From assembly GCF_006345805.1 (NCBI RefSeq), contig NC_043014.1, positions 48,670,001 through 48,734,000 of the forward strand: 64,000 nucleotides of DNA. The letters run 5' to 3'. Below are positions 48,780 to 60,700 of the stretch, piece by piece; positions within the stretch are counted from its first letter, which is position 1; every line of letters begins with the position of its first letter. This stretch comes from Octopus sinensis (Eukaryota). The notes below the pieces were generated by a model that saw only the letters and a list, made by a program, of their open reading frames with translations, made no database searches and was not told the origin of the DNA. A program made the translations under genes and the position numbers.

Positions 48780-51700
48780 GGAAATTGTAGTTTTAATACT
48801 TGTGCCAGTGGCATGTAAAAAGCACCATCCGAATGTGGCCAATGCCAGCGCTGCCTTGACTGGCTTCTGTGCTGGTTGCATGTTAAAAGCACCAACCGAT
48901 CGTGGCCACTGCCAGCCTCCTCTGGTGCCAGTGGCACATAAAAAGCACCCACTACACTCATGGAGTGGTTGGCGTTAGGAAGGGCATCCAGCTGTAGAAA
49001 CACTGCCAGATCAGACTGGAGCCTGGTGCAGCCTCCTGGCTTCCCAGACCCTGGTCGAACCATCCAACCCGTGCTAGCACGGAAAACGGACATTAAATGA
49101 TGATGATATATAACCCGTCTCTCATGGTGTACATCTGTCTGTTTGTCTCTTGTTCAGTACCTGTCTCTCAGTATCTCTCTCTCTCTCTTTCTCTCTCTCT
49201 GTCTGTTTATTTGATGGTGTTTCTCTTTCTCTTTTAGTGTCTGACTCTCTCTCTCTCTCTATTTCTTCTTTATTACATTTTATATATTTTCTTTCCAGAA
49301 TTCTATCAGTGATAAATCAGGCCAGTTGCTATACTGCATTAACCTGCTGGTTCTTCTCATCTTCCCTGCTGCTCTCATATTACATTTACATCCAAACCCT
49401 GGTAAGTTTTATTAAACATTAATTATTCGAAATTTCCATTGATACTTTCATATGAAACAAACAGATTATCCAGTTTCATCTTGACTAAACTTTCAACACT
49501 ATCACATTAACACTCTCTCTCTCTCTCACACACACACCACGACCATCACCACTGTAGTGTGATGGAGGAAAAGGACAACAGAAAAAGAAGCAAACGGGAA
49601 AAAGAAATACAAAAGGCCTTACCTGTTGACCTCGGAGGAATGAGTGGTCACTCTCATGAAATAGACACACCTTTCCTCGCTGCCGTCTCTGCTCGAACTG
49701 ACCACATGTGCTTCCTGCCCACGCATGCCCTCTGCCTGTCTCAACGGCCCCTGCAAGCCTTACTTCCGTCCACCTCATCTGCAATCCCCTCCACCAACAC
49801 CACATAGCTCCATCACAGCCCATAACACCACTGCCATCACCACCACCACTATCGTCATTGTCACTATGATTGCCAACACTGCCATCACTGGCGCTATCAC
49901 CCCATCACCAATTTGACCAAGACCATCACCATGACTATCATAATTTTACATTTGCTTTCCATATTGGCAAGGTTTAGATTGGACAGTATTGCCCAAGTCC
50001 ATTCTTACTTGGGACTAATGTTCTCCTTGTTGATTTAACCCTTTCGTTACCAACCCGGCTGAAACCACTTCTGGCTGCTCTAAGTACAAATATTTTGTTT
50101 CCATAAGTTTGAATTAAAATCTTCCACCAAACCTTAGTCACAATTTATGTTCCCAACACTAGCTTAATGATAACTAAGTTATTTTACTAAATTCTGTGTT
50201 ACATTTAAAGTAGTTGAAAGAAACACAGAGCATCTCAAAATAAATACAGTATCCTTCATTGCACAGGTGGCATTGACAGAGATGAGGGGCTATTGAGAAG
50301 TAATGTGGGGAAGTGACTGGAGATTAAAGTCAATGAGTGACTTATACATGTAACAAAGTCACCAATCATAGTAGTTATGTGTCTCTTAGTCAGCTCCTCT
50401 GCGTGTGTGTTGTAACAGCTAATGTAAAATGGATATAGCATGGACAGGGCTACAGGGTTGGTTATCCTGGGTGCAAATTCTTAGGGGTGCAAAATTTTAA
50501 AAGAAAAACAAAGTAGTAATAATAAAGATAAAAATGTAGTGTGCTTTTCCCTCAGTACTTGCTTTGTCCCCTGGCCACTGGCAATCCACACTGCACCACT
50601 ACCTATTTCTTTACTGCCCACAAGGGGCTGAACACAGAGAGGACAAACAAGGACAGACAAACGGATTAAGTCGATTATATCGACCCCAGTGCATAACTGG
50701 TACTTATTTAATCGACCCCAAAAGGATGAAAGGCAAAGTTGACTTTGGCAGAATTTGAACTCAGAACATAGCGGCAGACAAAATACCGCTAAACAATTAC
50801 CCCAGCTAAACAATTCTGCCAGCTCGCTGCTACCACTGATGTAATGACCTGAAAGTAGAACTAATTGTTAATTAGTATTTGCTCTGTTTCAGACAGTCGT
50901 TATGTCAATAATAAACATATGCTCTGGTTCTATACTACTCCTTTATTATTCATCAGTCGGTTAACAATATAACCAATTAACTAATTGATTGATTGAGTAA
51001 TCAATCGGATTCACAGCCACTTCAATGACCTGCCCTCTCTACTTCAGGCCAGCTTCAGGTCTGAATAATTGACGAATAATAAAGAAGTGAAATACAACAA
51101 AATCTGCAAATACGAAAACAAAGTTAATTAGTTCTAGCTAGAAGTGGAATTATCCATCCATCCCCCTTCTCCACCCACTATTCTGGGGTGGTTGTGGGGG
51201 TAAAGTTCTCAAGCTCCTCTTCCATAGGGTCTTGTCAGAAGCAACTGTCAGACTTTCTGGATGGATTCCCAAGCTTGACCAACTGAGATTATGGTAGAGC
51301 CCTTCTTGTTCTACCTTTAGTTGGCTTGGCTTGAAGAACCTGTGACATTCTAATCACATCTCCACAGTACTGGAGCTGTAGCACCACCAGATGAAACTCC
51401 CTGATCTCTGAGCTATGCACCCTGTGAAGCAACATTATTCCAGAGATCCTTTCGAGGAACCCCATTTCTTCTACTTGTATTTATGGTCAGCACTCAGCAT
51501 TCATGACTCTAGGTGAACATAGGCACAAAAACTAAACTGAAAATAGTGAGTTTGGGTTTGAAAGTAGAATTGATCAGAATTTTAGCACTGAGTCAGTTAT
51601 TAATTTTTCTGTTTGTTATTCAAAAGAAATGTTTGTTCATTCAAGTAAAAACATTGTTTACAATGTTTTTACTTGAATGTATTTTGAATAACAAACAGAA

Positions 51701-54700
51701 AATTTTATAACTGATTCAGTGCTAAAATTAGATCTTTAAGAACAATAAAGGCTAATCCAACTTTGACATAGTTTTTCTAATTCTGTATTGATGACCTGAA
51801 AGAATTGTTTTAAGAGTTGATCAAGATAAAGAAAACAAGATACATTGTTCTGCTAGAAGTGGATATTAATAAACGTAGTATACCAAAAGTTCAAATACCT
51901 TTGAAATATGTATAAATCCGTGACATTTTAGAGATCTTGGTGAAATAGTTATGTATATTGGGTCACATCTTCTGGAGATATTGTGATTTTGAATTTCTTC
52001 CAAAATAAAGTAAAATCTGCTGTGAAATATTTAAAAAAAGACAATTTTAAATTTGAATTTTTAAAATTTGGTATAAAAATTGGTGGAAAAAAAAAAAAAA
52101 AATTATTACTTAGCGGTTCGGCCCGTTACTTAGCAGTTCGGCAAAAGAGACCGATAGAATAAGTACTGGGCTTACAAAAGAATAAGTCCCGGGGTCGAGT
52201 TGCTCGATTAAAGGTGGTGCTCCAGCATGGCCGCAGTCAAATGACTGAAACAAGTAAAAGAGTAAAAGAAAGTATTTGGGATCACATTTTCATAAGTTTT
52301 TCAGCTTAAAAAACAAATCAAATGTAATTTATTGCTCATTTGTACAACAGACTTTTTTAAGATTGAGTTTTTGAGAAATTTTTTATCGAAAATATGTAGA
52401 AAGATGATCAATAAATGATATAACTCCAATAAGTTATTATCATCATCATCATTTTTACCTTCATTATCACATCTTCGTTATTACATCGACTTCAGGTCCA
52501 CTTTGCCTTTCAGCATTTTGGGGTTGATAAAATTAGTATCAGTCAAGTACTGGGGTAAATGTAATCAACTTTCCCCCCTCCCCCAAATTTTCAGGCCTTG
52601 TGCCTATAGTAGAAAAGAATATAATAATAATAATCATCATCATCATCGTTTAGCGTCTGCTTTCCATGCTAGCATGGGTTGGACGGTTCAACTGGGGTCT
52701 GGAAAGCCAGAAGGCTGCACCAGGCCAAGTCTGATCTGGCAGTGTTTCTACAGCTGAATGCCCTTCCTGATGCCAACCACTCCGTGAGTGTAGTGGGTGC
52801 TTTTTACGTGCCAGTTGAGGCTGGCATCAGCCACGATCGGATGGTGCTTTTTACGTGCCACCGGCACGGGGGTCAGGCGAGGCTGGCAACGGCCACAATC
52901 GGATGGTGCTTTTTACATGCCACCGGCACGAGGCCAGTCGGGGCGGTGCTGGCAACAGCCACGTTCGGATGGTTCTCTTACATACCACCGGCACTGGTAT
53001 CACAGCTGCAATTTCCATTGATGTTGATCGATAATATTAATAATAATAATGTGAGTTGGCAGAATCGTTAGCATGTTGGGCAAAACGCTTAGTGGCATTT
53101 CGTCTGTCTTTATGTCCTGAGTTCAAATTCCACTGAGGTTGACTTTATCTGCCATTCTTTTGGGGTCGATAAAATAAGTTCCAGTTGAGTATTGGGGTTG
53201 ATGTAATTAACTTACCCGCTTCCCTGAAATTGCTGGCCTTGTGCCAAAATTTAAAACTAATATTTATTGTTGTTGTCGTTTCAGCCTTTTCCATTGTGAC
53301 ATTAGGTTTCTACACCACTGTCTTCTTGAAGTTAGTTTCATATTGCAGTGTTAATAGTTGGTGTCGTAACCAAGTAATGAGGGAGACCCCTTTAAAACGA
53401 CACAAGTCATTCAGCTCCTCTGAAGGTACGTATATCTATTATATAAAATCCGGTTCTGTCTGTCTGTGTGTGTCTTCTAGGATCTCGGGCATCCTCCATC
53501 CGATTGTGCTCAAATTTGATATGTAGATACCGACGGTATCAGGGCGTGTATAAGTCTTGAAAAAATTACAAAAATCGATTCCAGGTGAGAATGCGATTGA
53601 TAAAGCCGTTTTTGTCCTGCTTTTCTTCCATCAACCTGTACATAACTGCACCTTCTGTTTTTTGTTGTTTTTGTATTGCTTAACCCTTTAGTATTTAAAC
53701 CAGCCATATCCGGCCAAAATATTTAATCTGTTTTATGTTCAAACTGACCAGATCCAGGCTCTCACACCTACCCTACAATGTTATTCTACATTAAGTAATT
53801 ACACAATCAAGATCTTGAAGATATGAGATAATCCATGATTAATTCAAATCAATGGGAATCAATAGGCATTATGTTTGATAGAATAATCTGAACACTAAAG
53901 GGTTAAAGGCATGTTTCTTACCTGCCAAGCTTACTGCTTAAACCATGTTTGTGTTCTCCCAGTTAACAGCCTTATCATTACTGGTACTTTAAACTCTTCG
54001 GTTGCATATTTGTGTGAATAAAATCGTTTTTCCTTGGAATAGGAAAAAAAGTCTACCAAATTCACTCACAAGGCTTTGGTCGGCCTGAGCCTATACTAGA
54101 AGACACTTGCACAAGGTGCCACGCAGTGGGAATGAACCCGGAACCATGTGGCTGGTAAGCAAGCTACTTACCACACAGCCACTCCCTTTGAGAAAAAGAA
54201 AAAAAAAGGGCAGGAAGGACAATTTGGTTAATTTATTCCTTGATATCCAGACTGTGTTTATTAAGATAGGACCGTATGGCTAGAATGTCTTTGATTAGAG
54301 ATCAACTCACAGAGATCACTGAGGGTTGAACAGTATGAATGTAGATAAAACAAACTTTAAAAAGGAAACGAATACAAGCCAGCCATTGCTTTGATTTCCA
54401 TATTTTTATTGAGTTTATTTAAAATAGATTGATATGAACGATGTTTGTGGTTGTATCAATGAAAACAAGGTCATTGTGCTAAATCTTGACTGTTGACTCA
54501 AATACTTGTGTAGTCAAAACATGAGGCGACTACGAGAGGTTTTGTTTGAAAAGTGCAGCCATTATAGAAAAGTGAAATAATAATGAAAAAGTTTTTATCA
54601 CTGAGAAGTGAATAAAAATGAAATCCTTAGTCAAAACATTTTGAATACAAAAGCATAGGTGACAGAATAGTTAAAATGCTAAATCATAGCACAAGCCTTC

Positions 54701-57700
54701 ACGAAGCAAAAGAAGTAGCCTCTTTCTGAATGACTTTATAACAAAAAAAAAAAGAAGCTAGGAATAGCTTGGATCATAGATTTGTTCAATGAAGGCTAAT
54801 CTGAGACTAAACAACAAATATTTAGTACAACGACCTCCTTTTCTTTAACTCCTTTGTCTATCCTGTGTATCACATTTACCTGACATCCATGCATCGTATA
54901 TGATACAGATTCTCTTTTACTCTTTTACTTGTTTCAGTCATTTGACTGCGGCCATGCTGGAGCACCGCCTTTAATCGAGCAACTCGACCCCGGGACTTAT
55001 TCTTTTGTAAGCCCAGTACTTATTTTATCGGTCTCTTTTGCCGAACCGCTAAGTAACGGGGGGCGTAAACACACCAGCATCGGTAGTCAAGCAATGCAAG
55101 GGGGACAAACACAGACACACAAACACACATACGCATATATTTATACATATATACGATGGGCTTCTTTCAGTTTCCGTCTACCAAATCCACTCACAAGGCT
55201 TTGGTCAGCCCGAGGCTATAGTAGGTGCCACGCAGTGGGACTGAACCCGGAACCATGTGGTTGGTAAACAAGCTACTTACCACACAGCCACTCCTGCGCC
55301 TATTTTTTAAAAAAATCATCAGAGTAGCTTGGGACTTATGAAAGGAAAGCTTTGCTTTACCCAGATGAATGAAAAAAGGGCTAGCTAAGCAAAAAAGCCT
55401 GTAAAGAACCATGGACATTTTGGACAAATTTATGAAAATGCTTTGGACAAGCAAAGAGCTAATACTTCTACAAACACCATTCATATCAATAGATTTTTAA
55501 TTTTTATAGGTGCAGATATGGCTGTGTGGTTAAGCAAATTGCTTCCCAGTCTTGGGTTCAGTCCCACTGTGTGGCTCCTTGGGCAAGAGTCTTCTACTGT
55601 AGCCCTGGGCTGACCAAAGCCTTGTTAGTGGATTTGGTAGATGGATGGAGAATTGAAAGAAGCCCATTGCACATGTGTGTGTGTGTGTGTATAAATGTGT
55701 GTGCATGTTTATCTATGTTTGTGTTATATTTGCTCCCCTCCACTGTCCAACAACCAGTGTTGGTTTGTTAATGTCCCTGTAATTTAGTGGGTTGGCAAAA
55801 GAGACCAACAGATTAAGTGTGAGGCTTAAAATAAATAAATGCTGGAGTCAATTTATTTGTGTAATCCCTTCGAGGCAGTGCTCCAGTATGGCCACAGTCA
55901 AGTGACTGAAACAAGTGAAAGATCAAAGATACAAATCTTAATTACACATTTTGGATTCCAAGAAATAAATTATCCAAGAGTCCTTCCTTCCTTTTTTTTT
56001 TTTCCAATATGGAACATGTAGCAATATTATACGTCTTCAAAAGGCAGCAAGCTGGCAGAATCATTAGCAAGCTGAACAAGATGCTTTGTAGCATTTCATC
56101 TGTCTTTATGTTCAGAGTTCAAATTCTGCTGTGGTCAACTTTGCTGTTCATCTTTTTGGCGTCAATAATATAAGTACCAGTTGAGCACTGGGCTCGATGT
56201 AATTTTGAGCTTGTCTGAAATGTCCATGCTTGCTTTCAGACTTTTTTTTTTAGTTAGCCCTTGTTTCATTCATAATTAAGATGGGATGGCCATGGCTAAA
56301 ATGCCTGGTCATAAGTAATCTCATTCACATATCACCATGGCATAGATAAAGGAAAACAAAAATAAGCCAGCTATTATTTTTTGTTTTGCTTATAATTTCT
56401 AAATATCATTTAATTCAATTAGAGGTTAAATTAGCATCGTTAAGGGATGGTCTTTCTCAGTTTTATAACCAACCTACTAAAGTATTTATCTCCTTATTCA
56501 TACGATACTCTTCTTCATCATAATTTACTATTTAATCTCTATCTGTTTACCCATTATTATCCTTGACTAGCACTATGACCCGGTAACGCCAGGTCATACT
56601 GCTAGTGCATGCATATACAGCTGTGTGCGTATGCACACACACGTGAGTACTGTCCAAATCTCCGACCAATCACATACAGCTAGCAAGCTTTCAATTGGCG
56701 TATCAAGTTTCAGGCATTTTGATTGGGTTTTGGATAGAAAATTCACAAAAAAGTCACTTCTATTGATTTTTTTAATGGCTTTGCAGGGTGACTGGGGAAA
56801 TGTAAAGATGTGCACGGCCATCCTTGGACGGTTTTGAATGACCATAGAAAGTGCAAGCCCTCTAACTGAAAAATTGTGGATTTGTATAAAGGACACACAC
56901 ACAGACATTTTGCCGTTTATGTATATAGAGATTATATTTACATATTATTTCTTACCCACTAAACCAACCTGTAACCCCCTGACTCAAGCATATACCTCTA
57001 TTAGCCATAAATAATATTCTTCAGTCTTTTGTGATGATTCTATAATACAGCACATAAAAAACCCAAGGGTATATCTTTTTCTACCCAACTGAAGAGATTT
57101 TGCCCCCCAAAATGATTTTAATAGTACTTATTTAATCTTTAGGCTTAATTGAAACAGCTGTAAGGGACTGTTTGACTTTCGCTGATAATAACTCTTTACC
57201 AAATGCTATATCTCCATTTTCTTATTTTTCATTTAAATATCATTTATGGATCAGGGGCATTGTTTATTGATTGGAGGTGTTGTTTATCAATTGAATGCAT
57301 TGTTTACCAACCAAGGATTCATTTATTGATCAGCAGGTATTGTTATATGTAAAATTAATGTACAGAACAAATTTCGCATTTTTCTTTCTCCAGGAAGGAA
57401 AATTCCTCAAAGTGGTAAAGTTGGCAGCCAATTAGTTACATATCCAAATAATCTAAATCTTAAAGGTGAGTACTTTATGTCTCTTGTACTCTATTTCCCA
57501 TCTCCAGAAAGTACATTGCTCTCAAAACTCCTACTTACTCTTCTGTTACTCAATATGCATTATAGTCCTAGTTATTACTCCACCCCTTATATCTTATAAT
57601 CCTAGTTGTTGCTCCCATCTATCTTCTAGTCTTGATTATTGACCCCACTACCTAGTCCTAATTATTGCACCCATATATCTTCTAGTCCTAGTTATTGCTC

Positions 57701-60700
57701 CCTCATCTTCTAGTCCTAGTTCTTGTCCCCATATATTTTTTAATCGTATTGCCCTACCCCCTATACTTATTGCTCCCATATAACTTCTAGTCCTAGTTAT
57801 TGCTCCCATATAACATTTAGTCCTAGTTGTTGATCCCCTTATCTTCTAGTCCTAGTTGTTGAACCCCACCTCATCTTCTAGTCCTAGTTGTTGACCCCCA
57901 CCTCATCTTCTAGTCCTAGTTGTTGACCCCCCACCTCATCTTCTAGTCCTAGTTGCTGACCCCACCACCTCATCTTCTAGTCCTGGTTATTGACCCCACC
58001 CCATCTTCTAGCCCTAGTTGTTGACCCCCCCACCTCATCTTGTCTTAGTTGTTGCCCCCATATATCTTAAATTTTAGTTATTGCCCCACTCCTTATACCT
58101 TTTCATCCTAATTATTGCCCCCATATATCTTCTAGTTGTAGTTATTACCTTGCTCTCACATCTAGTTATTGCCTCCCCACTTATATATCTTCTAGTCTTG
58201 GTTGTTGCCTCCCCCCTATGTATCGTATAACCCTAGTTATCGTTCTGTTCTGTATATCACTTCTGCTAATTAGCAACCCTCTCACCCATCTTCTACTGTT
58301 AGTTATTGGCCCCCTCCCCTCAAAAGTATCTTCTAATGAGGACATGCCACTCTTGTCTCTTTCAACAACAAGTATACAGAAATGTTACTCATGCCAAGAA
58401 AACATCACTTCAGCCCCTTCATTATGGGCAGCATTCAGCTAGGGCCCTCAAAATCACTCCAAATGCTGGGCTTCACTATCTCTAAGGCTCTCCCCTTAAG
58501 AGAGTACATCCTTACTAGTCATTGAGAGTATCATTTTTGTTTACATACCCATTAACATTATGTCCCCTAACTCTGTGCTCTTCACATGGTTAGTCTACAT
58601 TACTCCCTAAGGAGCATATGGCCATTCTCCCAGTTTCTCTGGCGTATATATTCCTCCCTGGACAGGACGCCAGTCTTTCACAGAATTATTTTTACCAGCT
58701 GAGTAGACTTACTAGTCATTGAGATGTCTGACCATTCTCTTCAGGGCCAGAAGCTAACTTCAGCTTCCAACAGTTTTTTTGTACAAAGCTCAGTTGAGGC
58801 CCTCACTTTAACATTGCTTTCACATCTTGGATGGTGGTACCACTGGTACATACACACACATCCTAGATCACATTCAGAAAAGAGCCACCTGAACTGATTG
58901 ACATAGAATTAAGGACATGCTCCAGTTTTTGGTACAGAGGCATGCTGTTTCCTCTCTCTTCCTTTTCTGCTACTAATATAATGGCTTCTGTTCCTTGCGG
59001 CTGGCTGGGTTTGTGTCACTTCTAGCATTTCTCTTCTACTTGTCCTACTTCCTGCCATCACACTTGTTGCACCCATCTCCCCCGGTCTCACACTAATTAT
59101 TGCATCCAGTCTTTCCTCCCCACATTATTTCTGCTGGAATTCCCTTCCTGCTCAGGCATGGCTGTGTGGTAAGAAGCTTGCTTCCCAACATCATAGTTTT
59201 AGGTTCAGTCCCACTGCATGATACCTTGTGCAAGTGACTTCTACTTTAGCTTTTCTACAAAAAACTAAAAGAAGCTTTGTGTGTGTGTGTGTGTGTCTGT
59301 GTTTGTCCACCCCACCCCACCCCACCACTTGACAACCAGTGTTGGTGTGTTTACATCCTCACAACTTAGCAGTTTGGAAAAAGAGACCAATAGAATAAGT
59401 ACCAAGCTTGCAAAAAAAAAAAAAAAGATATTGGGGTCGATTCATTTGACTAAAAAATTCTTCAAAGCAGTGCCCTAGCATGGCCTTGGTCTAATGACTG
59501 AAACAAGTAAAAGACAAACCCCGCCCACCAAAATGATAAAAATGATGTGTTTCCTGACAAAAATCCAAAAGGAACACTAACAGCATCAATCTCAATTTGT
59601 CTTGAGAAAGCCATTGGCATTGCTTCTCCTCTCAGACAGAGCAAGTAAAAAAAAAAATAATCTTCTAGTCCTACTTATTGTATGCACTCAATATGCTTCT
59701 GTTCACCCCACAGCCACACACTTTGATGTGTTGTCAATATCTAGTTCATTTCCTGCTGCTCTTCACATTGTCTTCTTCCTGTTGTTGTTGTTGTATGCAC
59801 GCAAAATGGTTGTAATCACAATTACCCAACCTCTGTATTTCTAGATCTGCACTACTTCATGTTCGCACCCACCTTGTGTTATGAACTCAATTTTCCCCGC
59901 AGTTCTCGAATCCGAAAATCATTTCTCCTAAAACGCTTTATTGAAATGGTAAGTGTTAAATGCTTTTCTTTCTTCCACGTTTTAATTATTATTTTGCACA
60001 TTACTTATTCATTGGTATATGTTTTATCTTATATTTAATCTTTCTATAAGATGTAGTTTTTCTAAATGGTATAATTTAATTTTTTCATTATTGAATTGAT
60101 AACAGGTGTTTTTTTTTCTAATTTATATATATATATATGTATATATTATATTTTGTGAAATTTGATTTAGTATTTCTAAATTGAATTTTTCCCTGTAAGT
60201 TTGGAATAATATTCCCTCATATTATTATTATTATATATATATATATGTATGTATTGTTGCCTGAGCAGCTGACTGGCCCCCGTGCCGGTGGCACATAAAA
60301 AGCACCATTAGAGTGTGATCGTTACCAGTGTTGCCTTACTGGCACTTGTGCCAGTGGCACGTGAAAAAACATTCGAGTGAGGTCGTTGCCAGTGCTGCTG
60401 GACTGGCTCCTGTGCAGGTGGCATGTGAAAAACACCATTTGAGCATAGCCATTGCCAGTACCGCCTGACTGACCCTCGTGCCGGTGGCACATAAAAACAC
60501 CCACTACACTTTCAGAGTGGTTGGCATTAGGAAGGGCATTCAGCTGTAGAAACTCTGCCTGATTAGATTGGAGCCTGGTGCAGCCATCAGGTTTGCCAGT
60601 CCTCAGTCAAATCATCCAACCCATGCCAGCATGGAAAGTGGACATTAAACGATGATGATGATGTTTACATTTAATATGGTAAATGCAGTAACAACTATTT

